Notes: generated from the letters alone by a model not told the origin. Counted from the stretch's first letter, positions 44,012 through 60,068 are shown. The stretch: 64,000 nucleotides of DNA from Escherichia coli (GCF_013315695.1 NZ_CP054353.1), one strand, 5' to 3'. A program made the numbers and translations.

Positions 44012-44418
44012 ATATAATTCCATTCACCATTTTTTAATTCAAACAGCTCTGGAAGAGATGACGGTTGCAGAGTCATACGTTTGAGTGGTGCATTTTCATC
44101 ACCCGGGATAACTTTATATCCCATTTTTGCATGGATCTCCGCTGTACCGGGATAGGCTTCTATACCAATTATTGGGTCATTACCCAACTCAATATTAGCA
44201 TTAAGTAATGCGGCAAGGGCGAATCCGGAAGAGTTTGCCACCCCTGAGACAGTCATTATCTGATCAATATAGATATCAATCCTTGGCTGCTCATTGGTCC
44301 ATCTTTTTGCCTGAGAAGTTGGAAGAGTTGAAATATATCCTATCGTGGTTCCGGCGTAACCTGGAACATTGCAGCCAGGGCCTAATGTTATTTCATGAAC
44401 TGTATAGTCCTCAACAGG
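44012..44418 (-). pseudogene. C-terminal half of an IS1-split gene (yjiC-like by position)
   Basis: Minus-strand frame is open from the IS1 junction at 44418 (PVEDYTVHEITLGPGC...) through ...ELKNGEWNY into the IS1 at 44011; bypassing the IS1 the frame continues IGK-stop at 43225-43227. Confidence 0.6.
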
Positions 44419-45186
44419 GGTAATGACTCCAACTTACTGATAGTGTTTTATGTTCAGATAATGCCCGATGACCTTGTCATGCAGCTCCACCGATTTTGAG
44501 AACGACAGTGACTTCCGTCCCAGCCTTGCCAGATGTTGTCTCAGATTCAGATTATGTCGCTCAATGCGCTGAGTGTAACGCTTGCTGATAACGTGCAGCT
44601 TTCCCTTCAGGCGTGATTCATACAGCGGCCAGCCATCCGTCATCCATACCACGACCTCAAAGGCCGACAGCAGGCTCAGAAGACGCTCCAGTGTGGCCAG
44701 AGTGCGTTCACCGAAGACGTGCGCCACAACCGTCCTCCGTATCCTGTCATACGCGTAAAACAGCCAGCGCTGACGTGATTTAGCACCGACGTAGCCCCAC
44801 TGTTCGTCCATTTCAGCGCAGACAATCACATCACTGCCCGGTTGTATGCGCGAGGTTACCGACTGCGGCCTGAGTTTTTTAAGTGACGTAAAACCGTGTT
44901 GAGGCCAACGCCCATAATGCGTGCACTGGCGCGACATCCGACGCCATTCATGGCCATATCAATGATTTTCTGGTGCTTACCGGGCTGAGAGGCGGTATAA
45001 GTGAACTGTAGTTGCCATGTTTTACGGCAATGAGAGCAGAGATAGCGCTGATGTCCGGCAGTGCTTTTGCCGTTACGCACCACGCCTTCAGTAGCGGAGC
45101 AGGAAGGACATCTGATGGAAATGGAAGCCACGCAAGCACCTTAAAATCACCATCATACACTAAATCAGTAAGTTGGCAGCATTACC
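44419..45186 (-). mobile_element. IS1 variant copy (768 bp)
   Basis: Divergent insA/insB (Ins[17 protein letters not shown]...); left flank ctcaacagg is the reverse complement of CCTGTTGAG, which flanks the fourth IS1 copy at 58846-58854. Confidence 0.9.
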
Positions 45187-45456
45187 AAATTTTAATTACA
45201 CTTAAGGTGTATATTTTCTATGCAAGCCATCAATTAAAGAGGTGTAATGTGCTGATGACTATTTGTAATCGTTATACATTCTGACCTGGAGTCAGAAGGT
45301 ATTTCTCTGTCGGTGTGTTCACAGGCAGTGTGGTTGATTACATGAAATTCAGTACATTTGCAGTCTCGTTGCCCTTCTCGCCTGCCTTTCGTCATTACCG
45401 ACGGTATTGAATTTCGTTTTGCCCGTTGGGGTTCTCCGGACAAGGAGTTGTTTGTT

Positions 45457-46689
45457 ATGCCACGTTTTTTTGCCCGCCATGCCGCCACGCTGTTTTTCCC
45501 GATGGCGTTGATTTTGTATGATTTTGCCGCGTACCTGTCGACGGACCTGATTCAGCCGGGGATCATTAATGTGGTCCGTGATTTTAATGCCGATGTCAGT
45601 CTGGCCCCGGCAGCCGTCAGTCTCTATCTCGCGGGCGGTATGGCGTTACAGTGGCTGCTGGGGCCGCTTTCCGACAGGATTGGCCGCAGGCCGGTGCTGA
45701 TTACCGGGGCGCTAATATTTACCCTTGCCTGCGCTGCGACAATGTTCACAACGTCTATGACACAGTTTCTTATCGCGCGTGCAATTCAGGGCACCAGTAT
45801 CTGTTTTATTGCCACCGTTGGTTATGTCACGGTGCAGGAGGCGTTCGGCCAGACAAAAGGGATCAGGTTGATGGCGATTATCACCTCCATCGTACTGATT
45901 GCGCCGATTATCGGCCCGCTTTCCGGCGCAGCTCTGATGCACTTTGTACACTGGAAAGTCCTTTTTGCCATCATTGCGATTATGGGTTTTATCTCATTTG
46001 TTGGCTTACTGCTGGCGATGCCAGAGACGGTGAAGCGCGGCGCGGTTTCATTTAGCGCCAAAAGCGTCTTGCGCGATTTTCGTAATGTCTTTTGCAATCG
46101 GCTGTTCCTCTTTGGTGCAGCAACCATCTCTTTAAGCTATATCCCAATGATGAGCTGGGTGGCTGTCTCGCCGGTGATCCTGATTGACGCAGGCGGCTTA
46201 ACGACCTCGCAGTTCGCCTGGACACAGGTTCCGGTATTCGGCGCGGTGATTGTCGCGAATGCCATCGTGGCGCGTTTCGTTAAAGATCCGACCGAACCGC
46301 GCTTTATCTGGCGTGCCGTACCCATTCAACTGGTTGGCCTCGCGCTGTTGATTATCGGCAATCTGCTGTCACCGCACGTCTGGCTGTGGTCGGTGCTGGG
46401 CACCAGTCTGTATGCTTTCGGGATTGGTTTGATTATCCCGACCTTATTCCGCTTTACGCTGTTTTCCAATAAATTACCGAAAGGGACCGTCTCCGCATCG
46501 CTGAATATGGTGATCCTGATGGTGATGTCTGTCTCGGTCGAAATCGGCCGCTGGCTGTGGTTTAACGGCGGTCGCTTGCCGTTTCATCTGTTAGCCGTCG
46601 TGGCGGGCCTTATCGTCGTTTTCACCCTGGCGGGATTGCTTAATCGCGTGCGCCAACATCAGGCTGCCGAGCTGGCGGAGGAGCGGTGA
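45457..46689 (+). CDS. mdtM: MFS multidrug efflux transporter
   Basis: 410-aa product [35 protein letters not shown]...; 12-TM MFS; yjiN-mdtM synteny. Confidence 0.85.
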   Translation: MPRFFARHAATLFFPMALILYDFAAYLSTDLIQPGIINVVRDFNADVSLAPAAVSLYLAGGMALQWLLGPLSDRIGRRPVLITGALIFTLACAATMFTTSMTQFLIARAIQGTSICFIATVGYVTVQEAFGQTKGIRLMAIITSIVLIAPIIGPLSGAALMHFVHWKVLFAIIAIMGFISFVGLLLAMPETVKRGAVSFSAKSVLRDFRNVFCNRLFLFGAATISLSYIPMMSWVAVSPVILIDAGGLTTSQFAWTQVPVFGAVIVANAIVARFVKDPTEPRFIWRAVPIQLVGLALLIIGNLLSPHVWLWSVLGTSLYAFGIGLIIPTLFRFTLFSNKLPKGTVSASLNMVILMVMSVSVEIGRWLWFNGGRLPFHLLAVVAGLIVVFTLAGLLNRVRQHQAAELAEER

Positions 46690-46729
46690 TTTTTGCGCGA
46701 TCCTGCCGTCAGGCTCTATTCTTAACATT

Positions 46730-48010
46730 ATGAATAAACTCATTGAACTCAGACGCGCCAAAATGTTGGCGCTCTCTTTACTGCTTATCGCCGCTGCTAC
46801 CTTTGTCGTTACGCTGTTTTTGCCACCCAATTTTTGGGTGAGCGGTGTGAAGGCGATTGCTGAAGCGGCGATGGTCGGCGCGCTGGCAGACTGGTTTGCG
46901 GTGGTGGCGCTGTTTCGCCGCGTGCCGATTCCGATCATTTCTCGTCATACGGCGATTATCCCGCGTAATAAAGACCGGATTGGCGAAAATCTCGGTCAGT
47001 TCGTGCAGGAAAAATTTCTCGATACCCAATCGCTGGTGGCATTGATTCGACGTCACGAACCGGTGTTGTTGATTGGCAACTGGTTTAGTCAGCCAGAAAA
47101 CGCCCGCCGCGTTGGTCAGCATCTGTTGCAGATCATGAGTGGTTTTCTTGAACTGACCGATGATGCGCGTATTCAGCGCCTGCTTAAGCGCGCAGTCCAT
47201 CGGGCGATTGATAAGATCGATCTTTCCGGCACCAGTGCGTTGATGCTGGAGAGTATGACCAAAAACGATCGTCATCAGGTGCTGCTGGATACGCTGATCG
47301 CGCAGTTGATTGCTCTTCTCCAGCGCGATAAATCGCGCAAGTTTATTGCCCAGCAAATTGTTCGCTGGCTGGAGAGCGAGCATCCGCTGAAAGCCAAAAT
47401 TTTGCCTACTGAATGGCTGGGCGAACATAGCGCGGAGTTGGTTTCTGACGCGGTGAATTCTTTGCTTGATGATATCAGCCGCGATCGTGTACATCAGATC
47501 CGCCATGCGTTTGATCGCGCCACTTTTGCCCTGATCGACAAGTTGAAAAACGATCCGGAAATGGCAGCGCGAGCCGATGCCGTAAAAAGTTATCTGAAAG
47601 AAGATGAAGCTTTTAACCGCTATCTCAGTGAATTGTGGGGGGATTTACGGGAATGGCTGAAAGCGGATATCGACAGTGAAGATTCTCGTGTGAAAGAACG
47701 TATCGCGCGGGCGGGTCAATGGTTTGGCGAAACGTTAATTGCCGATGATGCCTTGCGGGCGTCGTTAAATGGTCACCTGGAACAAGCCGCGCACCGCGTC
47801 GCGCCTGAGTTTTCCGCATTCCTGACGCGCCACATCAGCGATACGGTAAAAAGCTGGGATGCGCGGGATATGTCGCGGCAAATAGAGTTAAATATCGGCA
47901 AAGATCTGCAGTTTATCCGTGTCAACGGTACGCTGGTCGGCGGTTGTATTGGGCTAATTTTGTATTTGCTGTCGCAGCTCCCGGCCTTATTCCCCCTCAG
48001 CAATTTTTAG
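46730..48010 (+). CDS. yjiN: DUF445 inner membrane protein
   Basis: 426-aa [33 protein letters not shown]... Confidence 0.8.
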   Translation: MNKLIELRRAKMLALSLLLIAAATFVVTLFLPPNFWVSGVKAIAEAAMVGALADWFAVVALFRRVPIPIISRHTAIIPRNKDRIGENLGQFVQEKFLDTQSLVALIRRHEPVLLIGNWFSQPENARRVGQHLLQIMSGFLELTDDARIQRLLKRAVHRAIDKIDLSGTSALMLESMTKNDRHQVLLDTLIAQLIALLQRDKSRKFIAQQIVRWLESEHPLKAKILPTEWLGEHSAELVSDAVNSLLDDISRDRVHQIRHAFDRATFALIDKLKNDPEMAARADAVKSYLKEDEAFNRYLSELWGDLREWLKADIDSEDSRVKERIARAGQWFGETLIADDALRASLNGHLEQAAHRVAPEFSAFLTRHISDTVKSWDARDMSRQIELNIGKDLQFIRVNGTLVGGCIGLILYLLSQLPALFPLSNF

Positions 48011-48125
48011 AAATCCATGAAAAACTAAGTGGCTAACCGCGAGAGAGATCAAATAAACCACACTAAAAGAATGGTAATAATGTGGCCTCTTTTCATTATC
48101 TCCCGTGGTACGGGGAAGGAAAATC

Positions 48126-51233
<3,108 letters not shown>

Positions 51234-51300
51234 CAGGCTGGCATGTTTCACCTTTTTGTTATTAACTTGTTAACAACAAAAATGACAAACAAGGTTAAAC

Positions 51301-52479
51301 ATGCCTTCGCCCTCGCATCCCGTAGAACGCTTTTCTTTCAGCACCGCGCTTTTCGGGATGCTGGTTCTGACCTTAGGTATGGGTTTAGGCCGCTTCCTTT
51401 ATACGCCTATGTTGCCCGTCATGATGGCGGAAGGATCGTTTTCATTTAGCCAGCTCTCGTGGATTGCCAGCGGCAACTATGCGGGGTATCTGGCTGGCAG
51501 TCTGCTATTTTCGTTTGGCGCATTTCACCAGCCATCGCGCCTGCGCCCATTTCTGTTGGCTTCTGCCCTAGCGAGCGGGTTGTTGATCCTCGCAATGGCA
51601 TGGTTGCTGCCATTTATTCTGGTGTTATTGATTCGCGTCCTGGCGGGTGTCGCCAGCGCCGGTATGCTGATTTTTGGTTCGACGCTGATTATGCAGCACA
51701 CGCGCCATCCTTTTGTGCTGGCAGCTTTGTTTTCTGGCGTTGGCATTGGCATCGCACTGGGCAATGAATATGTTCTGGCAGGCCTGCATTTTGACCTCTC
51801 CTCGCAAACGTTATGGCAAGGCGCCGGGGCGCTTTCTGGCATGATGCTGATTGCACTTACGCTTTTAATGCCCTCGAAAAAACACGCCATCACACCAATG
51901 CCATTGGCAAAAACGGAGCAACAGATAATGAGCTGGTGGTTACTGGCTATTCTGTACGGCCTGGCGGGATTTGGTTATATCATCGTCGCGACTTACCTGC
52001 CGCTCATGGCGAAAGATGCAGGCTCACCATTGTTAACCGCCCATCTCTGGACGTTAGTCGGCTTATCAATTGTGCCTGGTTGCTTTGGCTGGCTATGGGC
52101 AGCAAAACGTTGGGGGGCTTTGCCCTGCCTGACGGCGAATTTGCTGGTGCAGGCTATCTGTGTGCTGCTTACTCTCGCCAGCGACTCGCCTCTCTTGCTT
52201 ATCATCAGCAGTCTTGGTTTTGGCGGTACCTTTATGGGCACGACATCTCTGGTGATGACTATCGCCCGCCAACTGAGCGTACCGGGAAATCTCAATCTTT
52301 TAGGCTTTGTGACGCTCATTTACGGCATTGGACAAATCCTCGGCCCGGCGCTGACCAGTATGCTCGGCAATGGAACATCGGCGCTTGCCGGCGCCACTCT
52401 CTGCGGCGCGGCGGCGTTGTTTATTGCTGCGCTTATCAGCACAGTACAATTATTTAAGCTGCAAGTGGTCACTTCATGA
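51301..52479 (+). CDS. yjiJ: MFS-type inner membrane protein (DUF1228)
   Basis: 392-aa polytopic protein. Confidence 0.8.
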   Translation: MPSPSHPVERFSFSTALFGMLVLTLGMGLGRFLYTPMLPVMMAEGSFSFSQLSWIASGNYAGYLAGSLLFSFGAFHQPSRLRPFLLASALASGLLILAMAWLLPFILVLLIRVLAGVASAGMLIFGSTLIMQHTRHPFVLAALFSGVGIGIALGNEYVLAGLHFDLSSQTLWQGAGALSGMMLIALTLLMPSKKHAITPMPLAKTEQQIMSWWLLAILYGLAGFGYIIVATYLPLMAKDAGSPLLTAHLWTLVGLSIVPGCFGWLWAAKRWGALPCLTANLLVQAICVLLTLASDSPLLLIISSLGFGGTFMGTTSLVMTIARQLSVPGNLNLLGFVTLIYGIGQILGPALTSMLGNGTSALAGATLCGAAALFIAALISTVQLFKLQVVTS

Positions 52480-52491
52480 GGAGTGTTTCCC

Positions 52492-53046
52492 TTACCACTC
52501 AAGAAATTCGACCGCAACCGTTGATGTCAGCCAGACCCCGTTTTCCGCTTGCCAGAAAGGGAGGCCTCGTTTCGCCATTTCCTGTGCTTTGACGGTTAAA
52601 ATAACCGGCGATCCGTGTCTTGCTCCCACTTTGCGTGCCGTTGCTTCATCAGCAGAGAGATGTACGTAGTGACGCTCACCTGCAATCAGCCCCTGTTTTT
52701 TTATCTCGTCAAGGAAACGGCTTGCCGTACCGTGGTAGAGAAACTGTGGCGGTGTTTTTTCGGCAAAGGAAATAGCGACCTGCGAAGTCGAATGCCCCTG
52801 AACCGCGCGGATGCACCTACCATCACTGGAATAACTAAAACGCTTTTTATCGCTGGTGGCAACCACGGTATCCAGCAATGCACGGGTTAACCGCTTGCCC
52901 GCTTTTTGGGCACAAAGTATGAGCTTATCGATATCCGCCCATCCTTCACGGTCCAGTACGATACCAATCGCCTCCGGTTTGTGTCGGAGGACAAAACTTA
53001 AAAACTTGCTCGTATCCGCCAGCTCTTTTTCGTTGTACTTTGCCAT
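52492..53046 (-). CDS. kptA: RNA 2'-phosphotransferase (Tpt1 family)
   Basis: 184-aa product [43 protein letters not shown]... Confidence 0.9.
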   Translation of the reverse strand: MAKYNEKELADTSKFLSFVLRHKPEAIGIVLDREGWADIDKLILCAQKAGKRLTRALLDTVVATSDKKRFSYSSDGRCIRAVQGHSTSQVAISFAEKTPPQFLYHGTASRFLDEIKKQGLIAGERHYVHLSADEATARKVGARHGSPVILTVKAQEMAKRGLPFWQAENGVWLTSTVAVEFLEW

Positions 53047-53295
53047 CGCGTTTTCGTCCCTGGATTATCTGTTTTTTATTTACTATGTCATTGTCACTGG
53101 GTTTATGAATTTTCTGCAACTCAATCCTGCGTAGAACCTTTTCCACACAGCGTAATTTTACCGCTATGCAAAAAACGCATAGTCAGAAACATACTTGCAT
53201 TTTCCCCATACCCACATGGCTGATAAGGTTTTTCAGCTCCAGGAATTTTCCTGGCTCAAGCAACACACAAACACAAAAAAACAATGGGGATTGTT

Positions 53296-53979
53296 ATGAC
53301 ACAACAAGGGGATGCTGTAGCCGGGGAGCTGGCGACAGAAAAAGTGGGCATTAAAGGGTATCTGGCTTTTTTTCTCACCATAATCTTTTTTTCCGGTGTT
53401 TTTTCCGGGACAGACAGTTGGTGGCGCGTTTTTGATTTTTCCGTTCTGAACGGATCGTTTGGGCAACTGCCTGGTGCGAACGGAGCCACCACCTCGTTTC
53501 GCGGCGCGGGTGGCGCGGGGGCTAAAGATGGCTTTCTCTTTGCGCTGGAGCTGGCACCGTCAGTCATTCTCTCTCTGGGGATTATTTCAATTACCGATGG
53601 TCTTGGCGGATTACGCGCCGCGCAGCAGTTAATGACGCCAGTGCTAAAACCGTTGTTGGGCATTCCAGGGATCTGCTCGCTGGCGCTGATCGCTAACCTG
53701 CAAAACACCGATGCCGCCGCAGGTATGACCAAAGAGCTGGCGCAGGAAGGTGAAATTACCGAACGCGATAAAGTGATTTTCGCCGCATATCAAACCAGCG
53801 GTAGCGCCATTATCACCAACTACTTCTCTTCCGGCGTCGCGGTGTTTGCCTTTCTGGGCACGTCCGTAATCGTACCTTTAGCAGTCATCCTGGTGTTTAA
53901 ATTTGTCGGAGCCAACATTTTGCGCGTCTGGCTTAACTTCGAAGAACGTCGCAACCCAACGCAAGGAGCGCAAGCATGA
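53296..53979 (+). CDS. yjiH: nucleoside-recognition-domain inner membrane protein
   Basis: Start taken at MTQQGDAVAGELA within ORF 53284..53979. Confidence 0.8.
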   Translation: MTQQGDAVAGELATEKVGIKGYLAFFLTIIFFSGVFSGTDSWWRVFDFSVLNGSFGQLPGANGATTSFRGAGGAGAKDGFLFALELAPSVILSLGIISITDGLGGLRAAQQLMTPVLKPLLGIPGICSLALIANLQNTDAAAGMTKELAQEGEITERDKVIFAAYQTSGSAIITNYFSSGVAVFAFLGTSVIVPLAVILVFKFVGANILRVWLNFEERRNPTQGAQA

Positions 53980-54437
53980 CAACTCAGGTCCGCAAAAACG
54001 TCATGGATATGTTTATCGATGGTGCGCGCCGTGGCTTTACTATCGCCACGACCAACCTGCTGCCAAACGTGGTGATGGCGTTTGTCATCATTCAGGCGCT
54101 GAAAATTACCGGCCTGCTCGACTGGGTGGGGCATATCTGTGAACCCGTAATGGCGCTGTGGGGATTACCCGGTGAAGCGGCAACCGTCCTTTTAGCCGCA
54201 TTAATGAGTATGGGTGGCGCAGTCGGTGTTGCCGCCAGTCTGGCAACCGCTGGCGCATTAACCGGTCACGATGTCACCGTTTTACTGCCCGCGATGTATT
54301 TAATGGGCAACCCGGTGCAAAATGTCGGTCGCTGCCTGGGGACAGCCGAAGTGAATGCCAAATATTACCCGCATATCATTACGGTCTGCGTGATTAACGC
54401 ATTGCTGTCGATCTGGGTTATGCAGCTTATTGTTTAA
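53976..54437 (+). CDS. yjiG: SpmB-like inner membrane protein
   Basis: 153-aa ORF overlapping yjiH stop (ATGA). Confidence 0.8.
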   Translation: MTTQVRKNVMDMFIDGARRGFTIATTNLLPNVVMAFVIIQALKITGLLDWVGHICEPVMALWGLPGEAATVLLAALMSMGGAVGVAASLATAGALTGHDVTVLLPAMYLMGNPVQNVGRCLGTAEVNAKYYPHIITVCVINALLSIWVMQLIV

Positions 54438-54449
54438 CAAGGAGTTACC

Positions 54450-55622
54450 ATGATTGATTATACCGCAGCCGGTTTTACCCTGCTGCAGGGAGCGCATTTG
54501 TATGCGCCGGAAGATCGGGGAATTTGCGATGTCCTCGTCGCTAACGGCAAAATTATCGCCGTTGCCAGTAATATCCCTTCTGACATTGTACCGGACTGCA
54601 CGGTTGTCGATCTCAGCGGGCAGATCCTCTGCCCAGGTTTTATTGATCAACACGTCCATTTGATTGGCGGTGGCGGCGAAGCAGGTCCCACGACGCGCAC
54701 GCCGGAAGTGGCGTTAAGTCGTCTGACGGAAGCAGGCGTCACGTCAGTGGTTGGTCTGCTGGGCACCGACTCTATCTCTCGCCACCCGGAATCCCTGCTC
54801 GCCAAGACCCGTGCGCTCAATGAAGAAGGCATCAGCGCCTGGATGCTGACCGGCGCTTATCATGTCCCTTCCCGCACTATTACGGGTTCCGTGGAAAAAG
54901 ACGTGGCGATTATCGATCGCGTGATTGGCGTGAAATGCGCCATCTCTGATCACCGTTCTGCCGCACCGGACGTTTATCACCTGGCTAATATGGCGGCGGA
55001 ATCCCGCGTTGGCGGTTTGCTCGGCGGTAAACCTGGCGTCACCGTGTTCCACATGGGCGACAGCAAAAAGGCGTTACAGCCTGTCTATGACCTGCTGGAA
55101 AACTGCGATGTGCCGATTAGCAAGTTGCTGCCGACCCACGTTAACCGCAACGTTCCGTTGTTTGAGCAGGCGCTGGAGTTCGCGCGCAAAGGCGGCACCA
55201 TCGATATCACCAGCAGCATTGACGAACCAGTCGCCCCTGCCGAAGGTATTGCCCGCGCCGTTCAGGCGGGTATTCCGCTGGCACGCGTCACCCTCAGCTC
55301 CGACGGCAACGGTAGCCAGCCGTTCTTCGATGACGAAGGGAATTTAACCCATATCGGTGTTGCCGGTTTTGAAACGTTGCTGGAAACCGTGCAGGTGCTG
55401 GTCAAAGATTATGATTTCAGTATCAGCGATGCCCTGCGCCCGCTCACCAGTAGCGTAGCCGGTTTCCTTAACCTGAGCGGGAAAGGCGAAATTCTGCCAG
55501 GCAATGACGCAGACTTACTGGTCATGACGCCAGAATTACGTATTGAGCAGGTATACGCTCGCGGCAAGCTGATGGTCAAAGACGGCAAAGCCTGCGTGAA
55601 AGGAACGTTTGAAACGGCATAA
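54450..55622 (+). CDS. iadA: isoaspartyl dipeptidase
   Basis: 390-aa amidohydrolase with HVHLIGGGGE metal-binding motif. Confidence 0.9.
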   Translation: MIDYTAAGFTLLQGAHLYAPEDRGICDVLVANGKIIAVASNIPSDIVPDCTVVDLSGQILCPGFIDQHVHLIGGGGEAGPTTRTPEVALSRLTEAGVTSVVGLLGTDSISRHPESLLAKTRALNEEGISAWMLTGAYHVPSRTITGSVEKDVAIIDRVIGVKCAISDHRSAAPDVYHLANMAAESRVGGLLGGKPGVTVFHMGDSKKALQPVYDLLENCDVPISKLLPTHVNRNVPLFEQALEFARKGGTIDITSSIDEPVAPAEGIARAVQAGIPLARVTLSSDGNGSQPFFDDEGNLTHIGVAGFETLLETVQVLVKDYDFSISDALRPLTSSVAGFLNLSGKGEILPGNDADLLVMTPELRIEQVYARGKLMVKDGKACVKGTFETA

Positions 55623-55686
55623 ACGGTTGTCAGCCGCCCGAATGGACGTAGAATGCCCGCAAGGGCGGCTGACAGAGTAAAACGTA

Positions 55687-56598
55687 ATGGATGACTGTGG
55701 TGCGGTTTTGCATAATATTGAAACTAAATGGCTTTATGATTTTCTGACCCTGGAAAAATGCCGCAATTTTTCCCAGGCAGCAGTCAGTCGCAACGTCTCG
55801 CAACCGGCATTCAGCCGCCGCATCCGTGCGCTGGAACAGGCGATTGGCGTTGAATTGTTTAACCGCCAGGTGACGCCGCTGCAACTCTCGGAACAAGGTA
55901 AAATATTCCATTCGCAGATCCGCCATCTGTTGCAACAGTTAGAGAGCAACCTTGCAGAACTCCGTGGTGGCAGCGATTACGCGCAACGCAAAATTAAAAT
56001 AGCCGCTGCACACTCTCTTTCCCTCGGGCTGTTACCGTCCATTATCAGCCAGATGCCGCCGCTCTTTACCTGGGCAATTGAAGCTATTGATGTCGATGAA
56101 GCGGTCGATAAACTGCGTGAAGGGCAAAGTGACTGTATTTTTTCCTTTCACGACGAAGATTTGCTGGAAGCGCCGTTTGACCACATTCGCTTATTTGAAT
56201 CTCAATTGTTCCCCGTTTGCGCCAGTGACGAACACGGAGAAGCACTTTTTAACCTCGCGCAGCCACACTTTCCGTTACTGAATTACAGCCGCAACTCCTA
56301 CATGGGGCGATTGATTAATCGCACCCTGACGCGCCACAGTGAGTTAAGTTTCAGCACCTTTTTTGTCTCTTCGATGAGCGAGCTTTTAAAGCAGGTTGCC
56401 CTCGACGGCTGTGGGATTGCCTGGCTACCGGAATACGCCATCCAACAAGAAATTCGCAGCGGGCAGCTCGTTGTACTGAATCGGGACGAACTGGTGATCC
56501 CGATTCAGGCCTATGCATACCGGATGAATACCCGCATGAATCCAGTTGCCGAACGCTTCTGGCGTGAACTGCGCGAGCTGGAGATTGTGCTTAGCTGA
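55687..56598 (+). CDS. hypT: LysR-type transcriptional regulator (hypochlorite-responsive HypT/YjiE)
   Basis: 303-aa LysR-type product with N-terminal wHTH ([29 protein letters not shown]). Confidence 0.85.
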   Translation: MDDCGAVLHNIETKWLYDFLTLEKCRNFSQAAVSRNVSQPAFSRRIRALEQAIGVELFNRQVTPLQLSEQGKIFHSQIRHLLQQLESNLAELRGGSDYAQRKIKIAAAHSLSLGLLPSIISQMPPLFTWAIEAIDVDEAVDKLREGQSDCIFSFHDEDLLEAPFDHIRLFESQLFPVCASDEHGEALFNLAQPHFPLLNYSRNSYMGRLINRTLTRHSELSFSTFFVSSMSELLKQVALDGCGIAWLPEYAIQQEIRSGQLVVLNRDELVIPIQAYAYRMNTRMNPVAERFWRELRELEIVLS

Positions 56599-56983
56599 CA
56601 TTCTCCAGCGTCGCACTGCGCCAACCGCCATTATCCCAGACCAGATCAAACGTTAGCGATTCATCGTCGTGATACAGCATTATCTCAAGGCTGATCGCCA
56701 GAGTGTGGCAGTACGCTTCTTTCAAATTAACCTGCAACGCCGCAATCCGTGGCTCATGAAATAACAGTGCAGAACGCAGCTGACGGCAATACCAGCTCTG
56801 GAGATGTTTGTCGCTCGGGTTATGCACTTGCCACTCGGGCATGCCTGAAACAAGTAATGACGGTAATGCCGAATGAGGAGAATTAAAAAGAGTGAGGAGA
56901 TCGCTGCATACTGATTTACGCAGCGGTGACGTTTTATTGCCTGAAATTTCAGGTAAAACAGCCTGAAGTGATTGGCGCATCAT
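56591..56983 (-). CDS. iraD: anti-adaptor protein IraD
   Basis: 130-aa product [25 protein letters not shown]...; convergent with and overlapping hypT 3' end. Confidence 0.8.
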   Translation of the reverse strand: MMRQSLQAVLPEISGNKTSPLRKSVCSDLLTLFNSPHSALPSLLVSGMPEWQVHNPSDKHLQSWYCRQLRSALLFHEPRIAALQVNLKEAYCHTLAISLEIMLYHDDESLTFDLVWDNGGWRSATLENVS

Positions 56984-57440
56984 TTTGCGCACTCCTGACG
57001 TTTAGCAACATATGCGGCTTGCCCTGAACACCGGGCACCACTGTATTGATGCTCATTTTCCATAGCCATTCCCTTTTGTTCATTACATCCATGTCAGTCT
57101 GAGACAGGCCTGAATCCTGTCAGCAAAGTATAAAACCTTACTTGCCTATGAATATCTACTGACTTTTCAGGAAAAAAGTCATGATTTGATAAAAATCATC
57201 AAACTCAAAAAAAAACCGCTAGTATATTCTGAATATTCCGAATAGTTACGTAGATGAAAATACTTGTCACCACCGCTACTTAATTCCGGTGGGAAATTAT
57301 TTATTTCCGCATAATCAGCCATGTATTATTTAAAACAATTAGTTTGTAAATAATATAAATTGATAACATATCAAATACATCAAAAATACCATTCACAGGC
57401 ATTATTAATATAGACATCAATATAGCAACATCAAATTCCA

Positions 57441-58208
57441 GGTAATGACTCCAACTTATTGATAGTGTTTTATGTTCAGATAATGCCCGATGACTTTGTC
57501 ATGCAGCTCCACCGATTTTGAGAACGACAGCGACTTCCGTCCCAGCCGTGCCAGGTGCTGCCTCAGATTCAGGTTATGCCGCTCAATTCGCTGCGTATAT
57601 CGCTTGCTGATTACGTGCAGCTTTCCCTTCAGGCGGGATTCATACAGCGGCCAGCCATCCGTCATCCATATCACCACGTCAAAGGGTGACAGCAGGCTCA
57701 TAAGACGCCCCAGCGTCGCCATAGTGCGTTCACCGAATACGTGCGCAACAACCGTCTTCCGGAGCCTGTCATACGCGTAAAACAGCCAGCGCTGGCGCGA
57801 TTTAGCCCCGACATAGCCCCACTGTTCGTCCATTTCCGCGCAGACGATGACGTCACTGCCCGGCTGTATGCGCGAGGTTACCGACTGCGGCCTGAGTTTT
57901 TTAAGTGACGTAAAATCGTGTTGAGGCCAACGCCCATAATGCGGGCTGTTGCCCGGCATCCAACGCCATTCATGGCCATATCAATGATTTTCTGGTGCGT
58001 ACCGGGTTGAGAAGCGGTGTAAGTGAACTGCAGTTGCCATGTTTTACGGCAGTGAGAGCAGAGATAGCGCTGATGTCCGGCGGTGCTTTTGCCGTTACGC
58101 ACCACCCCGTCAGTAGCTGAACAGGAGGGACAGCTGATAGAAACAGAAGCCACTGGAGCACCTCAAAAACACCATCATACACTAAATCAGTAAGTTGGCA
58201 GCATCACC
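57441..58208 (-). mobile_element. IS1 (768 bp), simple insertion with 9-bp target duplication
   Basis: InsA/InsB proteins identical to the copy at 43244-44011; CAAATTCCA on both flanks. Start set from the ORF track; my base count of the printed lines gave 57439, a 2-bp ambiguity. Confidence 0.9.
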
Positions 58209-58431
58209 CAAATTCCAATTAGTAATAAGATATGCTTTTAAATTGCATGCAAATAATTTTAAATGAGCGTTTTTTGATACTTTAGAGTGTTTCCCACCAT
58301 TTAATATCACTGTGTAGAGTTGATATCACTACAACAGAAACATGCATGTCATTTGTTTACTTCTCTTTTTACTACAGAAAAATTTATCTATTTTTCTAAG
58401 CATCAGTGAAATACTCATAAAGGTAACTATT

Positions 58432-58854
58432 ATGTCTATGCCATTAAGCAATGCCCTTCAGAGTCAAATTATTACAGATAATCACTTCCTTCATCATCCA
58501 AAAGTCGACAGTGAGTTAACACGTAAACATGAACGTGGACGCATGGATACGGAAAATATCTATCTTCCGCCTCTTGCTCGTGGCAATAACCATAATTACG
58601 ATGGAAAAAGCGTTGTCGAAATTAGAAAACTTGATATTAGTAAAGAGTCCTGGCCATTTAATTATGTGACAGAAACATGCAGAGAATTCAATGGTATTAC
58701 AACAACAGGACGTATGCTCTATCGAAACTTGAAAATCACCTCAGCTTTAGACGAAATATATGGTGGTATATGTAAAAAGGCGCATGCTGCCACAGAGTTA
58801 GCAGAAGGATTACGGCTAAATTTATTTATGAAAAGCCCTTTCGATCCTGTTGAG
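58432..58854 (+). pseudogene. N-terminal half of the same IS1-split gene (yjiC-like by position)
   Basis: AT-rich frame MSMPLSNALQSQIITDNHFLHHPKVDSELTRK...LFMKSPFDPVE runs into the IS1 at 58855; joins the 44418 fragment across the CCTGTTGAG duplication to give ~276 aa. Confidence 0.6.
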
Positions 58855-59622
58855 GGTAATGCTGCCAACTTACTGATTTAGTGTATGATGGTGATTTTAA
58901 GGTGCTTGCGTGGCTTCCATTTCCATCAGATGTCCTTCCTGCTCCGCTACTGAAGGCGTGGTGCGTAACGGCAAAAGCACTGCCGGACATCAGCGCTATC
59001 TCTGCTCTCATTGCCGTAAAACATGGCAACTACAGTTCACTTATACCGCCTCTCAGCCCGGTAAGCACCAGAAAATCATTGATATGGCCATGAATGGCGT
59101 CGGATGTCGCGCCAGTGCACGCATTATGGGCGTTGGCCTCAACACGGTTTTACGTCACTTAAAAAACTCAGGCCGCAGTCGGTAACCTCGCGCATACAAC
59201 CGGGCAGTGATGTGATTGTCTGCGCTGAAATGGACGAACAGTGGGGCTACGTCGGTGCTAAATCACGTCAGCGCTGGCTGTTTTACGCGTATGACAGGAT
59301 ACGGAGGACGGTTGTGGCGCACGTCTTCGGTGAACGCACTCTGGCCACACTGGAGCGTCTTCTGAGCCTGCTGTCGGCCTTTGAGGTCGTGGTATGGATG
59401 ACGGATGGCTGGCCGCTGTATGAATCACGCCTGAAGGGAAAGCTGCACGTTATCAGCAAGCGTTACACTCAGCGCATTGAGCGACATAATCTGAATCTGA
59501 GACAACATCTGGCAAGGCTGGGACGGAAGTCACTGTCGTTCTCAAAATCGGTGGAGCTGCATGACAAGGTCATCGGGCATTATCTGAACATAAAACACTA
59601 TCAGTAAGTTGGAGTCATTACC
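58855..59622 (+). mobile_element. IS1 variant copy (768 bp), inverted relative to the copy at 44419-45186
   Basis: Left end ggtaatgctgccaacttactgat; insA 58910..59185 and insB 59104..59607 encode the same variant proteins as the 44419-45186 copy; left flank CCTGTTGAG. Confidence 0.9.
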
Positions 59623-59778
59623 CGACAGCGAGGTGTTTAGTGTGCCATGTCAGGCGAGAAATTCTATTGGATGAATCAAGTCCAACTTACTCATTGTCAA
59701 TTTCATGGTTGATTATTCGAAACGTGATGCTATTTCCAACATCAACGCTATAATTGCAGAATAATTGTAGATACATTT

Positions 59779-60068
59779 TTGTATATACAATTAGGGATGG
59801 CAATTATGCCAATGGAGTTTGAATGGGATGAAAACAAGGCCAAAAGTAATCGGGTGAAACATGGCATCCGCTTTGAAGATGCGGTGTTATTGTTTGATGA
59901 TCCACAACATTTGTCACAGCAAGAACGCATAGAAAACGGTGAGTATCGCTGGCAGACATTACGGCATCGTGGTTATTCTGGTTGCGCATACCATCCGTTT
60001 CGAAAGCGGAAATGAAATTATTCGAATCATCAGTGCACGAAAAGCAGATCGTAAAGAGAGGAATCGCT
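59779..60068 (+). pseudogene. BrnT-like (DUF497) toxin, frameshifted
   Basis: N-terminal MPMEFEWDENKAKSNRVKHGIRFEDAVLLFDDPQHLSQQERIENGEYRWQT then an aberrant tail; the expected C-terminus (...RFESGNEIIRIISARKADRKERNRYEHG) is encoded in another frame at ~59990-60070. Confidence 0.6.

Noticed and set aside
44012-44418. IS1-flanked fragment as a GNAT acetyltransferase remnant
   Set aside because: First impression from a short motif only; joining it to the fragment at 58432-58854 across the shared duplication gives one ~276-aa ORF at the yjiC position, a better explanation.
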